Positions 36,194-45,160 of a stretch of DNA of 64,000 bases are shown here, one piece after another. Every line of letters begins with the position of its first letter. Within the stretch, counting starts at the first letter, position 1. The DNA comes from a virus, in the IMG/VR virus record IMGVR_UViG_3300044644_001125, positions 83,623-147,622 of that record; one strand, given 5' to 3'. Made by a program: the position numbers and the translations under genes. The notes below the pieces were generated by a model. That model saw only the letters and a program-made list of their open reading frames with translations, was not told where the DNA came from and did no database searches.

Positions 36194-38158
36194 ATGGGTT
36201 TTACTCAAGACTTTCTTACTAGTAGAAGAAACAACGACGATGGTAGTACCAGAATCGGTGAACATGATCGCCTCTGGTATTCGAGCTCAGACAACACCAT
36301 CAGGATTGGTGACAATGTTACGCCTGGTGGTATTATTGTCTGTGGTGGCGGTACAGGTGATGGAATTTATGTATTACCAACTGCCAGTACTACCGTAAAA
36401 GGTGGTGTTAAAATTGACGGAACTTCTATCACAATCAATAACGAAGTTATTAGTGGATTTGATGGTAACTACAATTCGTTGTCTAACAAACCAGTTCTGT
36501 TTAGTGGTAACTATAATGATCTAACGAATAAACCAGTTTTATTCAGTGGGTCATATAACGACTTAACTAATAAGCCTACCATCCCAGCAGCACAGGTTCA
36601 ATCGGATTGGTTGGCAACAAGTGGCGTTGCCGAAATCCTAAACAAACCAGCTATACCAGATATCACCGGTATAACAGAAGTGTTTGCGGCAACCGGTGAA
36701 CCAATGGGCCATGCCGACAAAACCCATTCGTTGATTTCATTTGATGATGCAAGTAGAACTTTCACTATATCACCGGTGAATAGTTCATTTGATATCTGGG
36801 TAAAAGGAACTAAGTGGGTAATCACCAACTCAAGATCAGTAACTATACCAGATAATACTGGCCTGTATTACATTTATTTTGATGCCACTGGTACGTTGCA
36901 TTATAAAACAACGTTCTTTGATTGGCCAAATGATTGTATGACAGCTTATGTTTATTGGAATAAACTAACCGGTAAAGCGCCATACGTTGCAGATGAAAGA
37001 CATGGTATAACCTTAGATTGGCAAACCCATGAATACCTGCACAGAACACGTGGTGCAGCAATTGCAAGTGGTTTCACTGCCTCCAATTTTATAATAAACG
37101 GTGATGGTTCTCTCAATTCACATCTTCAATTAGATATAGAATCTGGTACGTTCTTTGATGAAGATTTACAAGTTGATGTTATTAGTACCAATACACCAGT
37201 AGCAAATTCTTGGCAACAAGACTTAGCTGGCCCTGCACGAATACCAATGTTCTATATTAACAGTGGCGGTGGTTGGGTAATGGATCCAGCTACTGACTTT
37301 CCAGTAAAACAAGGTTTGTTACCAAAGTATAACTTGTATAGCGGTGGTAACTGGACTACACCTGATATCGATAATAACAAGTTTGGTGTTAGTTTCATCT
37401 TAGCAACCAATAACATCAATTATCCTGTTATTGGAATTATTGGTCAATCATCGCATGCCAACCAAGGCGATGCAGAAGCAGTTAATTTCACTGATTTGTC
37501 ATTACCCGGATTCCCAGTTGTAGAATTAAGACAGCTATATAAACTGGTATTCCAATGCAAAACAAGTTATACCAATACGGTACATGCTAGACTTACATCG
37601 ATATTTGACTTAAGAAGTTTTAGTAGCACAACATCGGCAATGGCTACTTATACCGATCATGGATCTTTAAGTGGATTACTAGATGATGATCATCCGCAAT
37701 ATCTACTAAGAACCGATGTGAGTGCACTTAATGGTCCCGCATTTAGTGTGTATCGAGATGCAGTGCAAACCATACCAACTGATGTGTTAACCGCAATGAC
37801 TTGGACTGTCGAAGAGTACGATACCCATAACTGCGTAACATCAACTAGATTCACACCAACCGTTGCAGGTTACTATGCCCTTGTTGCTACTGTTAGAATT
37901 GATGGTGGTATCGGTACAGGTGAACGTATGATTTGTATTAAGAAAAATGGTACAGAATATCGACGAGGTATGAACTCTAAAGGTACTGCTAGTGTTGGAG
38001 ATAGTTGGTTTCAACTAGATATTTCATGCCAAGTACATGCTAATGGTACTGGTGATTACTTTGAAGTGTTTGTTCAACAGGGTGCTGGTGCTGATAGAAA
38101 TACGACAAGTGGACAACCATTCACTGCATTCCAAGGATGCATGTTGCGTGCTGCATAG
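36194..38158 (+). CDS. tail fibre / receptor-binding protein
   Basis: N-terminal repeats S(G/N)YNDLTNKP(V/T). Tail-fibre signature LLDDDHPQYLLRTD near C-terminal domain. AAGGATAACA-ATG SD. Confidence 0.7.
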   Translation: MGFTQDFLTSRRNNDDGSTRIGEHDRLWYSSSDNTIRIGDNVTPGGIIVCGGGTGDGIYVLPTASTTVKGGVKIDGTSITINNEVISGFDGNYNSLSNKPVLFSGNYNDLTNKPVLFSGSYNDLTNKPTIPAAQVQSDWLATSGVAEILNKPAIPDITGITEVFAATGEPMGHADKTHSLISFDDASRTFTISPVNSSFDIWVKGTKWVITNSRSVTIPDNTGLYYIYFDATGTLHYKTTFFDWPNDCMTAYVYWNKLTGKAPYVADERHGITLDWQTHEYLHRTRGAAIASGFTASNFIINGDGSLNSHLQLDIESGTFFDEDLQVDVISTNTPVANSWQQDLAGPARIPMFYINSGGGWVMDPATDFPVKQGLLPKYNLYSGGNWTTPDIDNNKFGVSFILATNNINYPVIGIIGQSSHANQGDAEAVNFTDLSLPGFPVVELRQLYKLVFQCKTSYTNTVHARLTSIFDLRSFSSTTSAMATYTDHGSLSGLLDDDHPQYLLRTDVSALNGPAFSVYRDAVQTIPTDVLTAMTWTVEEYDTHNCVTSTRFTPTVAGYYALVATVRIDGGIGTGERMICIKKNGTEYRRGMNSKGTASVGDSWFQLDISCQVHANGTGDYFEVFVQQGAGADRNTTSGQPFTAFQGCMLRAA

Positions 38159-38194
38159 GACTAAAAGATAATTGAAGTTAGTTTCGATTATCTT

Positions 38195-38527
38195 TTAGCA
38201 ATCCCGCACTGGTCTAACTAGGGTAGTATTCACGTATTTGTCATCCCAAGTGGTGTGCATGTCAACCAGCAGTGGCATCGCAAGCCACGCACATCCTGAG
38301 TAATCAACATGCTCCTCGCTGGACCAGTATCTAGGATACTTCCGATAATTCATTGTCTGGGTATGTTCCGAAGTGATTAACCCTCTTGACCCAAGCCAAT
38401 GCAATTCTCGCATCGTTGGTAATCTCCAACCAACCTTTCCATCGATGTTCAACGAAAAACAATACAAACGGGCTTCATCCCATGCGAGTGCTTTGATGTA
38501 TTCTAATGGTGCAAGTTCTATGTTCAT
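38195..38527 (-). CDS. DUF1566-like protein (long variant)
   Basis: Start moved to MNIELAPLEY. LYCFSLNIDGKVGWRLPTMREL..LVRPVRDC. Confidence 0.55.
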   Translation of the reverse strand: MNIELAPLEYIKALAWDEARLYCFSLNIDGKVGWRLPTMRELHWLGSRGLITSEHTQTMNYRKYPRYWSSEEHVDYSGCAWLAMPLLVDMHTTWDDKYVNTTLVRPVRDC

Positions 38528-38556
38528 TGGATAAATATTAATAAAAGGAAAAGACA

Positions 38557-38814
38557 ATGTCACTAAACGGTATTTCAACATTAGCAACTAGACAAGCTCG
38601 GCTTGAAGCTAAACTAAATTTGGCACAAGCAAAACGCCAAGGTAAAGTCGTAGCAGCTGATGGTACTATCACTGGTTCTATTGACCCAACCAAACCTTAC
38701 TTTCGTGCGTTGAATGTATATGATGTAAATCTTTTACCAACTAAGTATAGTGGCAACACTTTGGTTCAAAACAGTCATCCATTGTTGTTAAGTTTACATC
38801 ACCCATGGGTATAG
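38557..38814 (+). CDS. hypothetical protein (possible fibre-associated)
   Basis: AAAGGAAAAGACA-ATG SD. Located right after the tail fibre gene. Confidence 0.4.
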   Translation: MSLNGISTLATRQARLEAKLNLAQAKRQGKVVAADGTITGSIDPTKPYFRALNVYDVNLLPTKYSGNTLVQNSHPLLLSLHHPWV

Positions 38815-38832
38815 CCTCGCAATATCAATATA

Positions 38833-39360
38833 TTAGACATTCCTAACCGGAATAGTAACCCTGTTACTATCTAAATCCTCGAAGTCATATTCATCATCTT
38901 CGAATCCATAAGTGGTAACAGGCCCATCACTTGGCATTTCATAGGGACGAGAACCATACACGTGATTCTCCTCGTCGTAGAATGGTTCAGTAGATGTATA
39001 CACCCAGTTTTCTTGTTTCAATGCTGTTAGTAAATTGGGTTCTGCTTGTTTACGAATAATCTCGCATTCATAAACAGTTGGTAATCGCCATCCAATCTTA
39101 CCATCGATATTCAAAGAAAAGCAATACAACTTTGCATGCTCAAAAAGAAAGTCTTGACTCCAATAATCCCTCGGTGAAATCTCAAGTTTAGCATAATCCA
39201 ACTCGTCAGCTTTGTTATGTAACGCAATAGCAAATTCACGTGCAGTTGCTGTATCAACCTCACCAACTGATGCCCAACTAATGGTAGATGGATTTACTGT
39301 TTCAAAATCAACAGAAGATATGTACGGTTCAGAAACCGTTATCAATTTTTTAACGTTCAT
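38833..39360 (-). CDS. two-domain protein with C-terminal DUF1566-like domain
   Basis: C-terminal LYCFSLNIDGKIGWRLPTVYECE...IPVRNV. N-terminal 80 aa unrelated. Confidence 0.55.
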   Translation of the reverse strand: MNVKKLITVSEPYISSVDFETVNPSTISWASVGEVDTATAREFAIALHNKADELDYAKLEISPRDYWSQDFLFEHAKLYCFSLNIDGKIGWRLPTVYECEIIRKQAEPNLLTALKQENWVYTSTEPFYDEENHVYGSRPYEMPSDGPVTTYGFEDDEYDFEDLDSNRVTIPVRNV

Positions 39361-39710
39361 CGGATTGCTTCTAAGGTAACTGAGGTTTCAGTAACAGACC
39401 AAACATGGACTGGTTTCTTTTTTGATTTAGCATATTCAATTGATTCTGATGTACTGTCAGATACTGAATCGCAAATGGCAATCAACATATCGGCTGAATC
39501 AATGATAGCATGATTTCTTTCTGGTGAATAATGTTCTGCAAATACTTGCGGTGGTCTTCTTAGATTCTTGTAAGCATACATAACGGCATTACCATCAACA
39601 CCAGATGAATGTGAAGTACTGATCTCATCCAACTGACTATAATCTTTTAGGATACGTTCGATGGTAGGATAACTAACGATTGTGCGTGAACCAATTACTG
39701 CTGCTTTCAT
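39357..39710 (-). CDS. SLOG/DUF2493-like Rossmann-fold protein
   Basis: MKAAVIGSRTIVSY...SGVDGNAVMYA pattern typical of YspA/DprA-like SLOG domains. Confidence 0.45.
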   Translation of the reverse strand: MKAAVIGSRTIVSYPTIERILKDYSQLDEISTSHSSGVDGNAVMYAYKNLRRPPQVFAEHYSPERNHAIIDSADMLIAICDSVSDSTSESIEYAKSKKKPVHVWSVTETSVTLEAIR

Positions 39711-39752
39711 GTGAACACCTCTCTGTTAAAAGTTGGTAGTGTATACTGGTAT

Positions 39753-39998
39753 TTAAGGATTGTCAATAGTTCTTACTGCTCTGACTGACAAGTTCTGATC
39801 AACCAAGTAATCGTCATCAGATGACCAATACCAAGCCCAGTGCGAAGATTCGGAATTTTTAGAAAGTTCTTTAAGCTCGTCACTTGTTGGTAATCTCCAA
39901 CCTATCTTACCATCAACACTAAGAGAAAAGCAATACAATTTTGCAGCATCTAATGAATTAGTGAATGTTTCGGTTTCGATTGGTGACAACTCAATCAT
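39753..39998 (-). CDS. DUF1566-like small protein
   Basis: MIELSPIETE..LYCFSLSVDGKIGWRLPTSDEL..YWSS..VRAVRTIDNP. Confidence 0.6.
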   Translation of the reverse strand: MIELSPIETETFTNSLDAAKLYCFSLSVDGKIGWRLPTSDELKELSKNSESSHWAWYWSSDDDYLVDQNLSVRAVRTIDNP

Positions 39999-40282
39999 AG
40001 CGTTCTGACTGGTCTAGCCTGCGAAAGCATTGTGGGTAAGTGCTCTATTGTAGTGACTCCACCGTATTGGATATGGAAGATGCAACCATGATTGTTGTCT
40101 TTTGCATTGATCCAGCATGAGCCTGGAACTTCAATATCCATTCGTCCTAGTTCTTGCATTTCAGATATAGTAGGTAAACGCCATCCAGTTTTACCGTCGA
40201 TGTTTAATGAAAAACAATATACAATTGCTTCATCAATAGTTAAGGTCTTTTCGTATTCAGGTGGTGATAATTCAAAGTGCAT
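39995..40282 (-). CDS. DUF1566-like small protein
   Basis: MHFELSPPEY..VYCFSLNIDGKTGWRLPTISEM..ARPVRTL. Confidence 0.6.
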   Translation of the reverse strand: MHFELSPPEYEKTLTIDEAIVYCFSLNIDGKTGWRLPTISEMQELGRMDIEVPGSCWINAKDNNHGCIFHIQYGGVTTIEHLPTMLSQARPVRTL

Positions 40283-40329
40283 ATAGTGCCCAATGTAACA
40301 TTCAATTAAACTATAGGATATTAAATATC

Positions 40330-40416
40330 GCGAGGCACGTTAGTGCCGAGCCATTACTAATATCCGGGAGTGTGTTAATATTATGGTTATGATTGCGAGG
40401 CACGTTAGTGCCGAGC
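40330..40416. repeat. pair of GC-hairpin elements (GCGAG-gcac-gtta-gtgc-CGAGC) upstream of HNH gene
   Basis: Copies at 40330-40352 and 40395-40416. Confidence 0.6.
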
Positions 40417-40514
40417 TAATCTCTCTTTTTCTGTTATAAGGATAAATAAGTGTAGTCCACGGATTTGGCGATCCTGACTACTTTAGAACTATTAACTTTA
40501 GAGGAGTTCCAACT

Positions 40515-41822
40515 ATGACTATTTATGCCAAAATTTTAGCAACAAAAGAACACAACGAACGTCAACTAAGAATCTACGTAAAATACATCGCAAAATGTGC
40601 AGTATTAAACGAGAATCTTTCAGAAGATACCTACACAGAGCTTCATCATATCTGCCCTAGAGTATTCTTTCCTGAATACAAAAATCTAAAAGATCATCCT
40701 TGGAATGGGATACGATTAACACTAGGCCAACACTTCACAGCCCATTTGATTCTTTCAAACGCATATACGTTTAACGGTGCTATGTCTCAAGCATTTTACC
40801 TTATGTGCACACAGAATGGAAGTAAAGGTCAAGCAGTTGTTGATAGGTTCAAAAACTTGAAAACCTACTACGAAGATGCTCGTAACCTAGTCATCAACTC
40901 TCAACGCGGTTTAACTATGGTTAAAAACAAAGAAACCGGTGTGTTTGGTCTGATTCCGGTAGAAGAGTACACTGCAAATCCTGATTTATACGAAACTGCC
41001 ACTACTGGCATGGTAACAGTTCGCGATATTGAAACCGGTGAAATAATGAGTATGTCATGCGAAATTTACCACGCGAATAAGGACAAGTTTACTGCCATGA
41101 ATACTGGAATCGTGCACGTCACAGACAAATTGACTGGTGAGAAGAAACGCATACCATCAGAAGAATATCAAGCAAATAAAGAAAGCTACACAACTTCTGG
41201 GTCTGGAGTGACTACTGTTAGAGAATTAGCAACTGGTATTGTAATGAGTGTACCCGTCGATGAGTACTCAAACAATAAAGATCGATTCGAAAGCATTGTT
41301 ACTGGAACTACAACTGCAAGATTAATAAGCACCGGTGAGATGGTTGTTATCCCAGTAGAAACATACCATGCAAATCGTGATTTATACGAAACTGCTACTA
41401 CTGGTCTATTGACTGCAAAAAACAAATTAACAGGTGAATCTGTTAGATTGACCAGAGAGGAATATGAGGCAAATAAGGATTTGTATCACTTCCACACATC
41501 TGGAGTGTCAGTTATATCGACTATTACCGGTAAGAAATCGCGCATATCATGGGATGAATTTGAAAACAATCCTACCTTGTATTATAGAGTAAGCAATGTA
41601 CGGTCAATATACGAACTAGGGAGTTACTCAAAACCAATAGATTATGTAAAACTACCACACGAAGTCAGTAATAAGTCCAGTTGGGTTCATAACCCAACCA
41701 CTGGTGAATGTAAAAAGATATCAAAACACGAATACGTTGAATTAGATTGGTTAGCTGGTATCACACCAGAATATAAAAAACAATTAGAACGTGAACGTTA
41801 CCATGCTAACAAAGTAAAGTAA
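40515..41822 (+). CDS. HNH homing endonuclease with C-terminal ~28-aa tandem repeats
   Basis: MTIYAK..ELHHICPRVFF..WNGIRLTLGQHFTAH (HNH). At least 8 repeats of TG..T(V/A)R..(E/T)G. Conserved leader AAGGATAAATAAG..CGGAT..GGC shared with 48072-49133. Confidence 0.7.
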   Translation: MTIYAKILATKEHNERQLRIYVKYIAKCAVLNENLSEDTYTELHHICPRVFFPEYKNLKDHPWNGIRLTLGQHFTAHLILSNAYTFNGAMSQAFYLMCTQNGSKGQAVVDRFKNLKTYYEDARNLVINSQRGLTMVKNKETGVFGLIPVEEYTANPDLYETATTGMVTVRDIETGEIMSMSCEIYHANKDKFTAMNTGIVHVTDKLTGEKKRIPSEEYQANKESYTTSGSGVTTVRELATGIVMSVPVDEYSNNKDRFESIVTGTTTARLISTGEMVVIPVETYHANRDLYETATTGLLTAKNKLTGESVRLTREEYEANKDLYHFHTSGVSVISTITGKKSRISWDEFENNPTLYYRVSNVRSIYELGSYSKPIDYVKLPHEVSNKSSWVHNPTTGECKKISKHEYVELDWLAGITPEYKKQLERERYHANKVK

Positions 41823-41829
41823 TTATCTT

Positions 41830-42180
41830 TTAGTACCCTGTCGTGTTGGAATCATTGCGTGGTTCCTGCACTTCAGGTTTTTGATGGAACTTCTTTCTAT
41901 CAGGTTTTTCCGGTTGAAACTTTTGAAATTTACCAGAAGTTGATCTTACTGGTGGCGAAATTTTAAATTTTCCATCTCTTTGATCCGCTGCATTCTTTGC
42001 ACAAGATTTAGAAAATGAAGGATGACCATTATTTGAAATGCAGTTGGATGGGTCCGTTATTTTGTGTTTTTTGGACCAGTCAAATCCACTTTTCGACCCG
42101 GAACAGTCTTTCGTGCACGGTAATCCGTTGTATGATAACCCTGAATAGGTCAACTCTGTTATAATTTCATGTATTCTCAT
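41830..42180 (-). CDS. hypothetical Lys/Cys-rich protein (MRIHEII N-terminus)
   Basis: 116-aa ORF with Cys/Lys-rich core, loosely similar to 61224-61484. Confidence 0.5.
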   Translation of the reverse strand: MRIHEIITELTYSGLSYNGLPCTKDCSGSKSGFDWSKKHKITDPSNCISNNGHPSFSKSCAKNAADQRDGKFKISPPVRSTSGKFQKFQPEKPDRKKFHQKPEVQEPRNDSNTTGY

Positions 42181-42217
42181 GTTTGTATTTATTCACTAAA
42201 AGATAATCAACCCAACT

Positions 42218-42282
42218 AGCTCGAGCCTATCGGCTCTCGCAAATTCACATAACCCAACAAGCTCGGCACTAACGTGCCTCGC
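42218..42282. repeat. pair of GC-hairpin elements downstream of HNH cassette
   Basis: agctcgagcctatcggctctcgc and gctcggcactaacgtgcctcgc. Confidence 0.6.
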
Positions 42283-42354
42283 AATCAACAATTCAACCTA
42301 TATTATATCACATCTAACATAACCACCCAATAAATACCTATAGGTACTAAAACT

Positions 42355-43110
42355 ATGGAGGGTTTGTACGTGAAGAAATTACTAACCGTGGCTATCAATA
42401 GCTACAATGTTGCACCGCTACGCGGTTGCGTAAATGACAGCAATAATATACTAAATGTGTGCGCAGCTAATGGTTATCAAACAGTTCAACTTATTGAAGA
42501 CCAAGCAACCAAACACAATATTATGACTAAGTTACTAGAAATCAGCAAAGAACTAGTTGACGGAGATAAGTTTATGTTTCACTACTCTGGTCATGGTTCA
42601 CAAATTCCATGCAACGATGGCACTGAAACCGATGGTTTAATGGAAGTGCTTTGCCCATTTGATTTAATCAATCCGAATGGTAGTTGGAACAATACATTCA
42701 TCATGGATAACGAGTTACATGATATATTCTGTCAGTTTGCACCAGGTGTTGAAATCGAATGCTTACTTGATTGCTGTCATTCAGGTACTGCAACTAGAGA
42801 TTTAAAACCAAATGTTGCTTATCGTTATATTAGTGCAGGTGTTATCAACTCAGAACCTATGGTTATTAAGTTTAATGTCTCTTGTACACGTGAAGTTATC
42901 TGTTGGTCTGGGTGTAAAGACGAACAAACATCTGCTGATGCATTCTTAGATGGTACGTATCAAGGTGCATTTACAGCAGCACTGCTAAAAACTACAGGTA
43001 CTAGACGTGAACGATTTGCAATGCTTACTGCTATTTTAAAGCAAGTTGGCTTTCCGCAAGAGCCGCAGTTAACTTGCGCGGAATCTCTGTTGGATCAACC
43101 TTTGTTTTAA
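42355..43110 (+). CDS. caspase-like (peptidase C14) domain protein
   Basis: His site FHYSGHGS and Cys site LLDCCHSGTA in canonical order and spacing. Start may be GTG at 42370 after GGAGGG. Confidence 0.65.
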   Translation: MEGLYVKKLLTVAINSYNVAPLRGCVNDSNNILNVCAANGYQTVQLIEDQATKHNIMTKLLEISKELVDGDKFMFHYSGHGSQIPCNDGTETDGLMEVLCPFDLINPNGSWNNTFIMDNELHDIFCQFAPGVEIECLLDCCHSGTATRDLKPNVAYRYISAGVINSEPMVIKFNVSCTREVICWSGCKDEQTSADAFLDGTYQGAFTAALLKTTGTRRERFAMLTAILKQVGFPQEPQLTCAESLLDQPLF

Positions 43111-43249
43111 TTCTGTACTGGCTTGCTATTTCGGATACTGCGGCATGCCAATTGGCTTCAGTATCCAAACTACCATTTAACCACCGGTAATAAGCAGCTT
43201 CTTCGACCATCTTGCTGTATTGTGTGTAATTAACTAAACCGCTTCTCAT
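43031..43249 (-). CDS. hypothetical protein (uncertain; overlaps 3' end of caspase gene)
   Basis: 72-aa ORF. Start codon overlaps stop of GT gene by 4 nt. Has a convergent 80-nt overlap with 42355-43110. Confidence 0.35.
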   Translation of the reverse strand: MRSGLVNYTQYSKMVEEAAYYRWLNGSLDTEANWHAAVSEIASQYRIKTKVDPTEIPRKLTAALAESQLALK

Positions 43250-44247
43250 CTTACACCTACCAAGTTTGATTTAAAGATTTCCCAGCAATTCTCCCAAGTC
43301 CATTTGGCAGCACTAGACTTCACTGTCTCACGGTCCAAATGTAAGCATTTCGTGATAGCATACTCTAAGTTTTCATTCATCACGCCATTGACTCCTTGCA
43401 CAAGTATATCAATTGGACCAGGAACTGGATACGCAGCAACACCACACCCCATAGCCAGCGCTTCGATAATAACAATCCCGAATGTATCTACACGGCTTGT
43501 GAATACAAATACATCTGCTTGGTTATAATACTCTGCTAACTCAACACCATGTTTGTATCCAACGAAGTTTACTAGCGGATAACGTTCCTCAAGCTCTGCT
43601 CTATGTGGACCATCACCAATAACAGTAATTGCATAAGCAGGATTAACCGATAACTCACATAAGTCTTCAATGCCTTTTTCTTTAGAGACTCGACCAACTG
43701 AAAGTAACTTAATCTCGTTATCAGAAGTTCTTGGTTCAGTTGGAATGAACTTTTCTCGGTCAACGCCACGTGTCCAAGGAATAACAGGAACTTTGAAACC
43801 GTGTACTTGTAATTCTTTAACCATACTCGTAGTTGTAGTTAATACTAAATTAGAACGAGCATGGAACCAACGAACATAAGCATAGGTTAAGAACTCAGGA
43901 ATGTTATACAGCGTCTTAACAAACTCTGGAAAACGCGTATGATAGGATGTGTTGTATTTGTACCCATTAAAACAGCACCAGTTACGAACTGCCACCCCAA
44001 TAGGCCCTTCGGTACTGATGTGAATAAAATCTGGGTTAATTGATTTGATAAGTTTACCAACCCCAAATGGAATGCTTAACTTGACTTCTGGGTATCTAGG
44101 TGCAGAAAAGTAACAGAAGTCACTAGGTGTAATATACTTTACCTGATAACCATCTAGCAGTGCTTGCTTTTCAATATTAACAAAGGTAGTTACTACCCCG
44201 TTGATTTGACCATGAAGATTGTCTGATACTATTAAAATTGTTTGCAT
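43246..44247 (-). CDS. GT4-family (GT-B) glycosyltransferase
   Basis: 333 aa. C-terminal VGRVSKEKGIEDL..VIGDGP..LEE pattern of retaining GT4 enzymes. Confidence 0.7.
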   Translation of the reverse strand: MQTILIVSDNLHGQINGVVTTFVNIEKQALLDGYQVKYITPSDFCYFSAPRYPEVKLSIPFGVGKLIKSINPDFIHISTEGPIGVAVRNWCCFNGYKYNTSYHTRFPEFVKTLYNIPEFLTYAYVRWFHARSNLVLTTTTSMVKELQVHGFKVPVIPWTRGVDREKFIPTEPRTSDNEIKLLSVGRVSKEKGIEDLCELSVNPAYAITVIGDGPHRAELEERYPLVNFVGYKHGVELAEYYNQADVFVFTSRVDTFGIVIIEALAMGCGVAAYPVPGPIDILVQGVNGVMNENLEYAITKCLHLDRETVKSSAAKWTWENCWEIFKSNLVGVR

Positions 44248-44402
44248 TCTGCGACTACCTTGAACCCTGAGAATTTTAGTTTGTACTCTAACGTTTTAGC
44301 TGTTTGAATACATTCTTGTTCTGATTTTAAATTTAGTTTGATTTCCCCTGGAATGTCAGTTGGATCAAACAGGTTAATTGCGAGTAAGACTAAGGTCCAC
44401 AT
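44230..44402 (-). CDS. unlisted small ORF (57 aa) using cassette-type SD
   Basis: ACGGAGTTAAAGT-ATG mimics the conserved leader. Not in the six-frame track (<60 aa). Confidence 0.35.
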
Positions 44403-44542
44403 ACTTTAACTCCGTTGTTTGGTTAGTTTGTATTCTCTATCTTGTTTTATCATCTCTTTGATGATGATTGGTGATATTAAAATCACGATGATGGTTACAA
44501 CGGTATTAACTGCAATTGTGAAAAGACATTTGCCCACTTGTT
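44403..44542 (-). CDS. unlisted small hydrophobic peptide (GTG start)
   Basis: GGAGAAACAAGTG start context mimics GGAGTAAACAAGATG. Single TM. Confidence 0.3.
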
Positions 44543-44586
44543 TCTCCTAACTTAAATGTATTTAAGAAGAGTATAACATGTAAGTA

Positions 44587-45015
44587 TTACAGGAGTGTGT
44601 CAGTTGGTTCTAAAAGATAATCTAAATCATCTTTTAGGTCAGGGAATTGGTTCTTTAGCCTAGCAGCCAATGACTTCTGTAGTTTGTTATTCTTAGTATT
44701 ACCAGTACCAGATTCGTTATGTGAGAACAAACCAAACAAATATAGTTTTGATGGTGAACCAGCTATTCGGTATACTATGCTAATATCCTGTGACAAATGC
44801 GCATGTTTAAGTTTCATTTTTCCAAGAGGACCATCCGAGTTGTATGGATAATCAGACGATCCAAATTTCTGGGCTGGGTTTTGTGCTTTCATTCGAATGA
44901 AGTCATTTGCCTTATTTTCCAATGTTCGATACTTAATAAGTGATTCGTCATACGCAGGACACATTTCAACCTTAAGCATCAGCTTCACCACTGCAGATTT
45001 TTCTATTATGTGCAA
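44587..45015 (-). CDS. RelE/YafQ-fold-like protein (possible toxin)
   Basis: C-terminal KHAHLSQDISIVYRI..LYLFGLFSH resembles YafQ H..xD..LIYK...F.TGTH. Confidence 0.4.
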   Translation of the reverse strand: MHIIEKSAVVKLMLKVEMCPAYDESLIKYRTLENKANDFIRMKAQNPAQKFGSSDYPYNSDGPLGKMKLKHAHLSQDISIVYRIAGSPSKLYLFGLFSHNESGTGNTKNNKLQKSLAARLKNQFPDLKDDLDYLLEPTDTLL

Positions 45016-45160
45016 TAGCTTCTTCGACTGTCATTTCAGTCCATGGTCCATTAAGTGCAGCATCCAATATCTTAGCACGGTCTTCATCACTGAACAACTG
45101 ATCATCGTCAGGTCTTGCAAATTCATTTAATCTCATCGTTTTCTCCTCTTGTATTTTCAC
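44972..45160 (-). CDS. small protein with GPWTxMTxEE repeat unit
   Basis: One copy of a ~30-aa unit present three times across 44972-45455. Confidence 0.45.
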   Translation of the reverse strand: MKIQEEKTMRLNEFARPDDDQLFSDEDRAKILDAALNGPWTEMTVEEAIAHNRKICSGEADA

